DNA of 64,000 bases, from contig OZ024764.1 of assembly GCA_964016885.1 (NCBI GenBank), positions 15,500,001-15,564,000 of the forward strand. The letters run 5' to 3'. This DNA comes from Eledone cirrhosa (lineage: Eukaryota). Below the pieces are notes generated by a model. The model was given only the letters and a program-made list of their open reading frames with translations. It was not told the origin of the DNA and searched no databases. Positions 1 to 11,919 of the stretch are shown here, piece by piece. Made by a program: the position numbers and the translations under genes. The number at the start of each line of letters is the position of its first letter. Within the stretch, counting starts at the first letter, position 1.

Positions 1-350
1 GGTAGAGAGAGAGGGGGGGGGAGATATATGAGAAGGGGTAGAGAGAGAGAGGGAGGGGAGATATATGAGAAGGGGTAGAGAGAGAGGGGGGGAGATATAT
101 GAGAAGGGGTAGAGAGAGAGAGAGAGGGGAGATATATGAGAAGGGGTAGAGAGAGAGAGGGAGGGGGGATATATGAGAAGGGGTAGAGAGCGAGGGGGGG
201 GAGATATATGAGAAGGGGTAGAGAGCGAGGGGGGGGAGATATATGAGAAGGGGTAGAGAGCGAGGGGGGGGAGATATATGAGAAGGGGTAGAGAGCGAGG
301 GGGGGGAGATATATGAGAAGGGGTAGAGAGAGAGAGAGAGAGAGAGAGAG
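1..350. repeat. ~38-bp GA-rich minisatellite
   Basis: repeated GAGATATATGAGAAGGGGTAGAGAG... Confidence 0.9.
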
Positions 351-446
351 AAATGAAAATGAAAAGAGATAAAAATTAATTGATATGAATAATTAAACAA
401 TAATAATAATGTTAATGATAACAATAACAATAACAATAACAACAAT

Positions 447-520
<74 letters not shown>

Positions 521-582
521 CCGTCCAAACCCATGCAAGCGTGGAATATGGACGTTAAACGATGATGATGATGTTGATGATG

Positions 583-775
583 AATGTTTCTAATTTTGGC
601 ACAAGGCCAGCAATTACCCCAGTACATTACTGGTACTTTATTTTATCGACCCCCCGTTAGGATGAAGGGCAAAGTTAACCCCGGCGGGATTTGAACTCAG
701 ACCGTAAAGGGCCGTAACTCTATGCTGCAAAGCATGGCATCCGACCCTCTACCGATACTGCCAATCCCCCGCCCT
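583..775 (-). mobile_element. tRNA-derived SINE, family A
   Basis: A box TGGCAGTATCGG and B box GAGTTCAAATCC; many copies in the window. Confidence 0.85.
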
Positions 776-859
776 AGTAGTAATAATAATAATAATGATA
801 TAATAATAATAATAATAATAATAATATAGTAGGAATGTCATAAGTGCTGTAAATTGCCG

Positions 860-1325
860 AGCTATGCTTTGCGGCATAGAGTTACGGCCCTTGTCATTCT
901 GGGTTCAAATCCCAGCGAGGTTAACTTTGCCTTTCGTCCTTACGGGGGTCGATAAAATAAAGTACCAGTAATACACTGGGGTAATTGCTGGCCTTGTGCC
1001 AAATGTAGAAACAATTGTTATAGGGTCAATAAAATAAAGTACCAGTAATACACTGGGGTAATTGCTGGCCTTGTGCCAAATGTAGAAACAATTGTTATAG
1101 GGTCAATAAAATAAAGTACCAGTAATACACTGGGGTAATTGCTGGCCTTGTGCCAAGTGTAGAAACAATTGTTATAGGGTCAATAAAATAAAGTACCAGT
1201 AATACACTGGGGTAATTGCTGGCCTTGTGCCAAATGTAGAAACAATTGTTATAGGGTCAATAAAATAAAGTACCAGTAATACACTGGGGTAATTGCTGGC
1301 CTTGTGCCTAACGTAGAAACATTTG
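860..1325 (+). mobile_element. SINE family A, 5'-truncated, with its 3' 77 bp tandemly repeated (4 extra copies)
   Basis: B box GGGTTCAAATCC; 77-bp period at 1021, 1098, 1175, 1252. Confidence 0.85.
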
Positions 1326-1565
1326 TTAGGTACATGCAGGAATTATCAAATGGAATGTTACCGAACCAAAAGAAATGGATAGAAAGACTAGGGAGCTAAT
1401 GGCTACCTACAGCATGTTCCACTAAAGTGACGTTGATAGACTCCACTTAAAGAGATTTGAAGGTGGAAGAGGTCTTAACATAGAGGACTGTGTTCAGATG
1501 GAGAAGAGCAGTCTGCACACATATGTGGCTGAGAGTAGGGAGACAATGCTCAAAGTTGTACTGAG
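1326..1565 (+). mobile_element. degenerate R4/Dong-like non-LTR retrotransposon ORF fragment
   Basis: translates to AGIIKWNVTEPKEMDRKTRELMATYSMFH*SDVDRLHLKRFEGGRGL, matching the DRKTR...SDVDRLY...GGRGL post-RT motif. Confidence 0.75.
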
Positions 1566-2365
1566 GTGAGGGGAAGGTAAGATGAGGTAAGGTAATGTGA
1601 GGTGAGGTAATGTGAGGTGAGGTAATGTGATGTAGAGGTAAGGTAAGGTGATGTGATGTGATGTACAGGTAAGGTGAGGTGATGTGATGTGATGTGATAT
1701 ACAGGTAAGGTGAGGTGAGGTAAGGTGATGTACAGGTAAGGCAAGGAGATGTACAGGTAAGGTGAAGTAAGGTAACGTAACATAAGGTGATGTGAGGTAA
1801 GGTAACGTAACATAAGGTGATGTGAGGTAAGGTAACGTAACATAAGGTGATGTGAGGTAAGGTAACGTAACATAAGGTGATGTGAGGTAAGGTAAGGTAA
1901 CGTAACATAAGGTGATGTGAGGTAAGGTAACGTAACATAAGGTGATGTGAGGTAAGGTAAGGTAACGTAACATAAGGTGATGTGAGGTAAGGTAACGTAA
2001 CATAAGGTGATGTGAGGTAAGGTAACGTAACATAAGGTGATGTGAAGTAAGGTAACGTAACATAAGGTGATGTGAGGTAAGGTAAGGTAACGTAACATAA
2101 GGTGATGTGAGGTAAGGTAACGTAACATAAGGTGATGTGAGGTAAGGTAAGGTAACGTAACATAAGGTGATGTGAGGTAAGGTAACGTAACATAAGGTGA
2201 TGTGAGGTAAGGTAACGTAACATAAGGTGATGTGAAGTAAGGTAACGTAACATAAGGTGATGTGAGGTAAGGTAACGTAACATAAGGTGATGTGAGGTAA
2301 GGTAACGTAACATAAGGTGATGTGAGGTAAGGTAACGTAACATAAGGTGATATGATGTGAGGTGA
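1565..2365. repeat. pentamer-derived 30/35-bp minisatellite
   Basis: unit GGTAAGGTAACGTAACATAAGGTGATGTGA. Confidence 0.92.
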
Positions 2366-2393
2366 AGTATAAAACGAGATTTCCCTGTCTTAC

Positions 2394-2496
2394 CTGAAGC
2401 TTCTTTCAGTGCCTTCTCGCGGAGGTTTCGTCGTTTTGTTATCTGTCGTTGATGTTCCTTCTCCATATCTTTCTCATCAACATTTAGTTTAAGAGA
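2394..2496 (-). CDS. TBC1D10A: TBC1D10A exon 9 (SLKLNVDEKDMEKEHQRQITKRRNLREKALKEAS-G); gene probably continues left of the window
   Basis: ttttactgtccag acceptor, gtaaga donor, 103 bp; resembles the post-TBC ExEHxxQ helix. Confidence 0.85.
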
Positions 2497-2617
2497 CTGG
2501 ACAGTAAAACATGGCTTACATTACTATATATACATATATATACATATATATTTATATATTATAGACTAGACAGTAAAACATGGCTTACATTACTATATAT
2601 ACATATATATACATATT

Positions 2618-2650
<33 letters not shown>

Positions 2651-2759
2651 TATAGACTAGACAGTAAAACATGGCTTACATTACTATATATACATATATA
2701 TATACATATATATATATTTATATATTATAGACTAGACAGTAAAACATGGCTTACATTAC

Positions 2760-2799
<40 letters not shown>

Positions 2800-2862
2800 T
2801 TTATATATTATAGACTAAACAGTAAAACATGGCTTACATTACTATATATACATATATATACA

Positions 2863-2908
<46 letters not shown>

Positions 2909-2934
2909 ACTAGACAGTAAAACACGGCTTACAT

Positions 2935-2989
<55 letters not shown>

Positions 2990-3048
2990 ACTAGACAGTA
3001 AAACACAGCTTACATTACTACATATACATATATATACATATATATACA

Positions 3049-3096
<48 letters not shown>

Positions 3097-3134
3097 ACTA
3101 GACAGTAAAACACAGCTTACATTACTATATATAC

Positions 3135-3166
<32 letters not shown>

Positions 3167-3240
3167 TATAGACTAGACAGTAAAACACAGCTTACATTAC
3201 TATATATACATATATATATACATATATATACATATTTATA
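2497..3240. repeat. tandem array of the exon-9 acceptor region with variable (TA)n spacers
   Basis: 8 further copies of AGACTAGACAGTAAAACATGGCTTACATTACTA and variants. Confidence 0.9.
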
Positions 3241-3290
3241 TGAAGAGGACATGTTTTATGGAGAAAATAAGATGTGTGAAAGAATTGTAC

Positions 3291-3445
3291 CTCCTTAGCG
3301 ATGAAATCTCCGTCAATCATCTGGTGAGGGATGTGTTTTAACTTGTCCATCGTCTCATAGAGGGATGGACACTCCGCTAGTTTACCCGGCGTGCCAAGGG
3401 TCAATTTGAACAGTATTAGGGCAATTCGAAACATGACCTTCACTC
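3291..3445 (-). CDS. TBC1D10A: TBC1D10A exon 8 ([51 protein letters not shown])
   Basis: attttcag acceptor, gtacaa donor, 155 bp, phase-compatible with exon 7. Confidence 0.94.
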
Positions 3446-3832
3446 CTGAAAATATGGAAAAGCCAAAATGAAACATTGATATCAAGTCTCCCTCAAAAAA
3501 AAAAACCAGACATTATATTGCACCCCCACTCTACTTTCTGACCTCTGTCACACCTAATGACCTCTTCGTCCCCCACCCCACCCTCTGTCACACCTGATGA
3601 CCTCCTCCCCTCACCCCACCCCAACCTGTCACACCTAATGACCTCTTCGCCCCCACCCCACCCCACCCTCTGTCACACCTAATGACCTCTTCCCTCCCAC
3701 CCCAACCTCTGTCACACCTAATGACCTCTTCGCCCCCACCCCATCCAAACCAAATATCCACCAGAAACCCCACCACCCCCGGGAAAGAGTCTTGCTCAAG
3801 GACACAGTGGACTGGAGCAATGTGAAATAAAA

Positions 3833-6800
3833 GTGTAGCGTAGTGTAGTATGGTGTGGTGTAGTGTAGTGTAGTGTAGTGTAGTGTGGTGTGGTGTGGTG
3901 TAGTGTAGTGTAGTGTAGTGTGGTGTGGTGTGGTGTAGTATGGTGTGGTGTGGTGTGGTGTGGTGTGGTGTGGTGTGGTGTGGTGTGGTGTGGTGTGGTG
4001 TGGTGTGGTGTGGTGTGGTGTAGTGTAGTGTGGTGTGGTGTGGTGTGGTGTGGTGTGGTGTGGTGTGGCGTGGCGTGGCGTGGCGTGGCGTGGCGTGGCG
4101 TGGCGTGGCGTGGCGTGGCGTGGCGTGGCGTGGCGTGGCGTGGCGTGGCGTGGCGTGGCGTGGCGTGGCGTGGCGTGGCGTGGCGTGGCGTGGCGTGGCG
4201 TGGCGTGGCGTGGCGTGGCGTGGCGTGGCGTGGCGTGGCGTGGCGTGGCGTGGCGTGGCGTGGCGTGGCGTGGCGTGGCGTGGCGTGGCGTGGCGTGGCG
4301 TGGCGTGGCGTGGCGTGGCGTGGCGTGGCGTGGCGTGGCGTGGCGTGGCGTGGCGTGGCGTGGTGTAGTGTGGTGTGGTGTGGTGTAGTGTAGTGTAGTG
4401 TAGTGTGGTGTAGTGTGGTGTGGTGTAGTGTGGTGTGGTGTAGTGTGGTGTGGTGTGGTGTAGTGTGGTGTGGTGTAGTGTAGTGTGGTGTGGTGTAGTG
4501 TAGTGTGGTGTAGTGTGGTGTGGTGTAGTGTGGTGTAGTGTGGTGTAGTGTGGTGTGGTGCGGTGTGGTGTGGTGTAGTGTGGTGTGGTGTAGTGTAGTG
4601 TGGTGTGGTGTAGTGTAGTGTGGTGTAGTGTGGTGTGGTGTAGTGTGGTGTAGTGTGGTGTAGTGTGGTGTGGTGCGGTGTGGTGTGGTGTAGTGGGGTG
4701 TGGTGTAGTGTGGTGTAGTATGATGTGGTGTAGTGTGGTGTGGTGTGGTGTGGTGTGGTGCGGTGTGGTGTGGTGTAGTATGATGTGGTGTAGTGTGGTG
4801 TAGTATGATGTGGTGTAGTGTGGTGTAGTATGATGTGGTGTAGTGTGGTGTAGTATGATGTGGTGTAATGTGGTGTGGTGTGGTGTGGTGTAGTATGATG
4901 TGGTGTAGTGTGGTGTAGTATGATGTGGTGTAGTGTGGTGTAGTATGATGTGGTGTAGTGTGGTGTAGTATGATGTGGTGTAGTGTGGTGTAGTGTGGTG
5001 TGGTGTAGTATGATGTGGTGTAGTATGATGTGGTGTAATGTGGTGTGGTGTGGTGTGGTGTAGTGTAGTGTGGTGTGGTGTGGTGTGGTGTGGTGTGGTG
5101 TGGTGTGGTGTAGTGTGGTGTAGTATGATGTGGTGTAGTGTGGTGTAGTATGATGTGGTGTAATGTGGTGTGGTGTAGTGTGGTGTAGTATGATGTAGTA
5201 TGATGTGGTGTAATGTGGTGTGGTGTAGTGTAGTGTGGTGTAGTGTAGTGTGGTGTAGTGTGGTGTAGTATGATGTGGTGTGGTGTGGTGTGGTGCGGTG
5301 TGGTGTGGTGCGGTGTGGTGTGGTGCGGTGTAGTGTGGTGTGGTGTAGTGTGGTATGATGTGGTGTAGTGTGGTGTAGTGTGGTGTGGTGTGGTGTGGTG
5401 TAGTGTGGTGCGGTGTAGTGTGGTGTGGTGTGGTGTAGTGTGGTGTGGTGTGGTGTGGTGTAGTATAATGTAGTGTAGTGTAGTGTGATGTGTAGTGTAG
5501 TGTGATGTGGTGTAGTGTGGTGTGGTGTAGTGTGGTGTGGTGTGGTGTAGTGTAGTGTGGTGTGGTGTAGTGTGGTGTGGTGTGGTGTAGTGTGGTGTGG
5601 TGTGGTGTGGTGTAGTATGATGTGGTGTAGTGTGGTGTGGTGTGGTGTGGTGTGGTGTGGTGTAGTATGATGTGGTGTAGTGTGGTGTAGTATGATGTGG
5701 TGTAGTGTAGTGTAGTATGATGTGGTGTGGTGTGGTGTGGTGTGGTGTGGTGTAGTGTAGTGTAGTATGATGTGGTGTGGTGTGGTGTGGTGTGGTGTGG
5801 TGTGGTGTGGTGTGGTGTGGTGTAGTGTGATGTGGTGTAGTGTGGTGTAGTGTGGTGTGGTGTGGTGTGGTGTAGTGTGGTGTGGTGTAGTGTGGTGTAG
5901 TGTAGTGTAGTGTGGTGTGGTGTGGTGTAGTGTGGTGTGGTGTAGTATGGTGTGGTGTGGTGTGGTGTGGTGTGGTGTGGTGTGGTGTAGTATGATGTGG
6001 TGTGGTGCGGTGTGGTGTGGTGTGGTGTGGTGTGGTGTGGTGTGGTGTGGTGTGGTGTGGTGTGGTGTGGTGTGGTGTGGTGTAGTATGATGTGGTGTAG
6101 TGTGGTGTGGTGTGGTGTGGTGTAGTGTGGTGTGGTGTAGTGTGGTGTAGTGTAGTGTGGTGTGGTGTGGTGTGGTGCGGTGCGGTGTGGTGTAGTGTAG
6201 TGTGGTGTAGTGTGGTGTGGTGCGGTGTGGTGTGGTGCGGTGTGGTATGATGTGGTGTAGTGTGGTGTGGTGTGGTGTGGTGTAGTGTGGTGTAGTGTGG
6301 TGTGGTGTAGTGTGGTGTAGTGTGGTGTGGTGTAGTGTGGTGTGGTGTGGTGTGGTGCGGTGCGGTGCGGTGTGGTGTAGTGTGGTGTGGTGTGGTGTGG
6401 TGCGGTGTGGTATGATGTGGTGTAGTGTGGTGTAGTATGATGTGGTGTAGTGTGGTGTGGTGTGGTGTGGTGTAGTGTGGTGTAGTGTGGTGTGGTGTAG
6501 TGTGGTGTAGTGTGGTGTGGTGTAGTGTGGTGTGGTGTAGTGTGGTGTGGTGTGGTGTGGTGCGGTGTGGTATGATGTGGTGTAGTGTGGTGTAGTATGA
6601 TGTGGTGTAGTGTGGTGTGGTGTGGTGTGGTGTAGTGTGGTGTAGTGTGGTGTGGTGTAGTGTGGTGTAGTGTGGTGTGGTGTAGTGTGGTGTGGTGTGG
6701 TGTGGTGCGGTGCGGTGCGGTGTGGTGTAGTGTGGTGTGGTGTGGTGTGGTGTGGTGTGGTGTGGTATGATGTGGTGTAGTGTGGTGTAGTGTGGTGTGG

Positions 6801-8336
6801 TGTGGTGTGGTGTGGTGTGGTGTGGTGCGGTGTGGTATGATGTGGTGTAGTGTGGTGTAGTATGATGTGGTGTAGTGTGGTGTGGTGTGGTGTGGTGTAG
6901 TGTGGTGTAGTGTGGTGTGGTGTAGTGTGGTGTAGTGTGGTGTGGTGTAGTGTGGTGTGGTGTGGTGTGGTGCGGTGCGGTGCGGTGTGGTGTAGTGTGG
7001 TGTGGTGTGGTGTGGTGTGGTGTGGTGTGGTATGATGTGGTGTAGTGTGATGTGGTGTAGTGTGGTGTAGTGTAGTGTAGTGTGGTGTGGTGTAGTGTGG
7101 TGTAGTGTGGTGTGGTGTAGTGTGGTGTGGTGTAGTGTGGTGTAGTGTGGTGTGGTGTGGTGTGGTGTGGTGTGGTGTGGTGTGGTGTGGTGTGGTGTGG
7201 TGCGGTGTGGTATGATGTGGTGTAGTGTGGTGTAGTATGATGTGGTGTAGTGTGGTGTGGTGTGGTGTAGTGTGGTGTGGTGTAGTGTGGTGTGGTGTAG
7301 TGTGGTGTAGTGTGGTGTGGTGTAGTGTGGTGTGGTGTAGTGTGGTGTAGTGTGGTGTGGTGTGGTGTGGTGTGGTGTGGTGTGGTGTGGTGTGGTGCGG
7401 TGTGGTATGATGTGGTGTAGTGTGGTGTAGTATGATGTGGTGTAGTGTGGTGTGGTGTGGTGTAGTGTGGTGTAGTGTGGTGTGGTGTAGTGTGGTGTAG
7501 TGTGGTGTGGTGTAGTGTGGTGTGGTGTGGTGTGGTGCGGTGCGGTGCGGTGTGGTGTAGTGTGGTGTGGTGTGGTGTGGTGTGGTGTGGTATGATGTGG
7601 TGTAGTGTGGTGTAGTGTGGTGTGGTGTGGTGTGGTGTGGTGTGGTGTGGTGTGGTGTGGTATGATGTGGTGTAGTGTAGTATGATGTGGTGTAGTGTGG
7701 TGTGGTGCGGTGTGGTATGATGTGGTGTAGTGTGGTGTAGTATGATGTGGTGTAGTGTGGTGTGGTGTGGTGTAGTGTGGTGTGGTGTAGTGTGGTGTAG
7801 TGTGGTGTGGTGTAGTGTGGTGTGGTGTGGTGCGGTGCGGTGTGGTGTAGTGTGGTGTGGTGTGGTGTGGTGTGGTGTGGTGTGGTGTGGTATGATGTGG
7901 TGTAGTGTGGTGTAGTGTGGTGTGGTGTGGTGTGGTGTAGTGTGGTGTAGTGTGGTGTGGTGTGGTGTGGTGTAGTGTGGTGTAGTGTGGTGTGGTGTGG
8001 TGTGGTGCGGTGCGGTGTGGTGTAGTGTGGTGTGGTGTGGTGTGGTGTGGTATGATGTGGTGTAGTGTAGTATGATGTGGTGTAGTGTGGTGTGGTGTAG
8101 TGTAGTGTAGTTAGTGTGGTGTGGTGTAGTGTGGTGTAGTGTGGTGTAGTGTGGTGTGGTGTAGTGTGGTGTAGTGTGGTGTGGTGTAGTGTGGTGTGGT
8201 GTAGTGTGGTGTGGTGTGGTGTGGTGTGGTGCGGTGTGGTATGATGTGGTGTAGTGTGGTGTAGTATGATGTGGTGTGGTGTGGTGTGGTGTGGTGTAGT
8301 GTGGTGTAGTATAATGTGGTGTAGTGTAGTGTAGTG
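3833..8336. repeat. 4.5-kb variant pentanucleotide satellite (TGGTG/TAGTG/TGGCG/TAGTA/TGATG/CGGTG)
   Basis: 5-bp period; pure (TGGCG)n block at about 4066-4360. Confidence 0.97.
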
Positions 8337-8347
8337 ACTTGACTGAC

Positions 8348-8462
8348 CTTCACAAAAGAACATGTCCCAAACACGTAGTACAGCTGTCCAAGGTAATGTC
8401 CGACTGAAGATACACATAAACCATTCTGTCATATACAAGATTGGTTCTATTCTCTGTTTTTT
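8348..8462 (-). CDS. TBC1D10A: TBC1D10A exon 7 ([39 protein letters not shown])
   Basis: aatttcag acceptor, gtcagt donor, 115 bp; conserved YMTEWFMC and [11 protein letters not shown]. Confidence 0.97.
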
Positions 8463-8510
8463 CTGAAATTACATTCAAAACAACACATTATTTTATACAT
8501 ACACGACAAA

Positions 8511-8627
8511 CATGAAGCTCACGGTGGAGATGATGAAGGACCGTGACAAGTGGAGAGATGCTGTGCTGAATAGGACCCGTCCCACCCTTGCAAGCAGGAA
8601 AAAGCGGACATAAAATGATGATGATGG
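8511..8627 (+). mobile_element. 3' terminal fragment of an RTE LINE (same family as 50657-51275)
   Basis: near-identical to about 51161-51275; (GAT)n tail. Confidence 0.85.
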
Positions 8628-8630
8628 TAT

Positions 8631-9128
8631 CTATCTATCTAAGGCGGGTAAAATTCCCGAGATCCATGGACGAGTTCTCTCCAGCGGTCTCTGTCCCTCA
8701 TTATCGCTGCCATATCCTGCATCTCCAACAGACCAGTGTCTGTCCTTAGGGCATCAACATATGTTAACCTTGGTCTTCCTCTTCTAGTGTGTCCATGTAG
8801 GGGCTCCCAAAGGAGCACTGAGTGCAATGTCAACTCTGGATGTCGGTGAGCATGTCCAGCCAATCTCAGCTTGAGATCGGTGTGGAAGTCGGACCTTCGT
8901 AGAGACCTGAAAATCCGCCTCTTCATTGCTGTAGTGGAGTCTGTGCTGCTGTACGGGTCTGAGACTTGGACACTGACCAAGAGACTCACTCAGATGGTGG
9001 ATGGGTGCTACACGAGAATGCTGAGGATGGCTCTGAACATTAATCAGTATACACTGAGGATGAAAAACTCAGAGCTGTATGGGAGCCTCCCAAAAGTCAG
9101 CTCAAAAGTGACACAGAGGAGACTGAGG
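8631..9128 (-). mobile_element. RTE-clade LINE 3' fragment with inverted 5' part
   Basis: VESVLLYGSETWTLT...RRLR on + (8871-9128) continues as LAGH...RRGRPRLTYVD...WRELV...PP* on - (8639-8870); (TAGA)n tail; TSD ATGATGGTAT. Confidence 0.88.
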
Positions 9129-9418
9129 ATGATGGTATATATATATATATAACAAAGTTGTGGTAAGATACCAGGTGGACCATAACCTACCAGAGTACTC
9201 AATACTTAGGGTAGTAGAGTGAGTAATAGGAAAAGATTCAGGACCCCGACTCTTTTCCTATATATATATATATATACACACACACAGAGATATCCAAGGT
9301 AAGTTGTGGGGTCTATTCTGCATGAAGAACTCAATGTAATCCATATGTTGAAAATGTAGGTTAAGATAAATCCCGGAAAACAATAAAACATTAAAAGGAA
9401 AACAGAGTCATGATATAA

Positions 9419-10032
9419 GTTAAAACAATGAAATAAAAAATCAAGTCATTAGAGATATACTTCACTGCTTTACGGTCGTTTCTAGGTGATGATAATACAT
9501 TGTAGCTATACTTCGTTATTGATCTATGTAAGGTTAGTTACAAAATAACAGATAAAGAGAATATTTACTTACATGCATATCACCAGCTGTTGTCAAAAGC
9601 AATGTTATAAATATGTTATAAAATAATTGTTTCTACTTTAGGCACAAGGCCAGCAATTACCCAGAGTGCATTACTGGTACTTTATTTGATCGACCCCGTA
9701 AGGATGAAAGGCAAAGTCAACCTCGGCGGGATTTGAACTCAGATCGTAAAGGGACGTAACTATGCTGGAAAGCATGGCGTCCGACCCTCTACCGATACTG
9801 CCAATCTACCGATGTTATAAAATAATCTTATAAGAGCAATAAATATTATTGCTTTTGACAACAGCTGGTGATATGCATGTAAGTAAATATTCTCTTTATC
9901 TGTTATTTTGTAACTAACCTTACATAGATCAATAATGAAGTATAGCTACAATGTATTATCATCACCTAGAAATGACCGTAAAGCAGTGAAGTATATCTCT
10001 AATGACTTGATTTTTTATTTCATTGTTTTAAC
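9419..10032. repeat. ~185-bp near-perfect inverted repeat (9419-9603 / 9847-10032), with a SINE in the spacer
   Basis: direct reverse-complement match; related copy at about 53990-54110 carries GAAACGATCGTA. Confidence 0.85.
9628..9811 (-). mobile_element. SINE family A with 15-bp TSD ATGTTATAAAATAAT
   Basis: TSD at 9613-9627 and 9812-9826; A and B boxes present. Confidence 0.9.
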
Positions 10033-10159
10033 TTATATATATATATGTGTGTGTATAGATACATACACACACACCATCACTCCACCACCATACCATCACT
10101 CCACCACCACACCATCACTCCACCACCATACCACCCAATAATAGAAATAAGGTACTTAC

Positions 10160-10234
10160 CAAATGTTTATAAATTAAAGGGGAAGATTTTTTCAAAAGTC
10201 CAAACAACACATCACCATCGACATGGACAGCTTC
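10160..10234 (-). CDS. TBC1D10A: TBC1D10A exon 6 (EAVHVDGDVLFGLLKKSSPLIYKHL)
   Basis: atttacag acceptor, gtaagt donor, 75 bp, phase 0/0. Confidence 0.94.
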
Positions 10235-10280
10235 CTGTAAATATTACGAGATTATATATATATAGATATAGATATATATA

Positions 10281-10332
<52 letters not shown>

Positions 10333-10507
10333 GTATATGGGGTGTGTATCTATCTATCTATATATAGATATTCATTTAGGTTTGTTGGTTCACCACTGAA
10401 GGTGGCCAACCGAACTAGAAACTGCTAAATGTTTGGCTGCCTTCCCGTCTCTCTGCTTTTCAGCCCCATGGATTGTGTATTATATTCCTTTGCTAAATTT
10501 CGAATAC

Positions 10508-10542
10508 CTGATGATGTCACCGGGTTCATACTGAAACCGGTC
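10508..10542 (+). ncRNA. minimal type I hammerhead ribozyme motif (Penelope-type)
   Basis: CTGATGA-18 nt-GAAA-CCGG-TC with palindromic stem III; stems I and II are weak; AATAAA downstream. Confidence 0.55.
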
Positions 10543-10606
10543 ATTGAAATGTCCATAGTATAATAAACCTTTAAGGAATTACACCAGTCCAGCCTCCTGT
10601 TATTTT

Positions 10607-10676
<70 letters not shown>

Positions 10677-11420
10677 GTAATAATAATAAATTTGAAGACT
10701 AAAATCCAAAGAGAGCTTGATAAGGATAAATATATATCAAATATATAAGAACCGTAGAGCAAATATTTATTATATATATATATATATTTAATACATTAAC
10801 AGAGATAGCTTAAAGCTAAACTCCGACTGGTAACCATCTCACTCAACAAACATTAGGTTATATGTTAGTATAAACCCAATTTAAGTGTTTGGGGTGCTAA
10901 CTATATGTATTTTGTGGAAAGCCAGTTGTATTATTTTATGAGATATAATTAAAGTTAAAATATATATATATCATAGATTGAGTTAGAAACTCAAAATAGT
11001 CTTTTACAATTAATTAAATAGCTCAAAAAAGGAAATCTTTCTGAGCCATGTAATATAATTGGATATATGAGAGAGATGAACACAACAGAGTTTCTAACTC
11101 AATCTATGATATTCTCGGCTCTTTATGTAAAGCTAACTTTAGTCTCATAAACCCAGCTGCTATTTTTAGCGGCATGAGTATGACACGCGCTAGGCGCTGC
11201 GACATGTGTGTTTATAACAGCATATCTCTGTCTTCTTAGATCCTTTGAAGTGAAAGGTACAAATTTTCCTGGATACCCGCAGAAGAGCACAGGAATTCTG
11301 GTTTTCACTTAATAATTCTTGCGAAACAGATTTTGGTCTGTCTGGGTATCAAAGGCTGTTGTCCGTTATAGATTTGTTATTTTTATTGATTTTTTATGTC
11401 AAATCGAGTCAGGCAAACCA

Positions 11421-11763
11421 TCATCATTTCATCATTTCATTTTACGTCTGCTTTTTCCCTGCTTGCAAAGGTGGGACGGGAACTGATTCTGGCTTGATTT
11501 CTGCAGCTGGATGCCCTTCCTAACACCAACCTCATTTACAGTGAGTGCTGGGTGCTTTTTTGCCGTGGCCCCTCCACGACCACTTTGCAGTGGAATGATA
11601 GGGACCCCAGTCCCTATCATCTCATTTCTACAGCTGAGTAAACTGGAGCAATGTGAAATAAAGTGTCTTGCTCAAGGAAACAACACATCACCCGGTCTGA
11701 GAATTGAACTCACAACCTTTCGATTGCAAGGTCAATGCTCTAACCACTAAGCCATGTGCCTCC
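11421..11763 (-). mobile_element. full-length tRNA-derived SINE family B with RTE-type tail
   Basis: A box TGGCTTAGTGG, B box GAGTTCAATTC, CCTTGAGCAAGACACT core; 3' end shared with the RTE at about 51224-51275. Confidence 0.88.
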
Positions 11764-11919
11764 ATATTGTTTTAAATAAGTATTTTTTCAACCTAGCTAA
11801 CTTGGTCATTTGCAATTGAAACACATGTATAGTTACATCCCTCTCATAAATATGTGTGTGTGTGTTGTGCGTGTATGTACGCTTGAATGTAATTCTTAGG
11901 GAGATTCAGCATTACTCAC

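Noticed and set aside
1447-2466. 339-aa ORF and overlapping ORFs
   Set aside because: Exon 9 plus an intronic minisatellite; open in all three frames
3588-8438. 1616-aa His/Thr/Pro ORF
   Set aside because: Exon 7 read through its donor into a pentamer satellite that rarely generates stops on this strand
10968-11112. 25-bp perfect inverted repeat (possible MITE or pre-miRNA)
   Set aside because: No TSD and the loop is too long for a miRNA; probably another fold-back relic without a recognisable core
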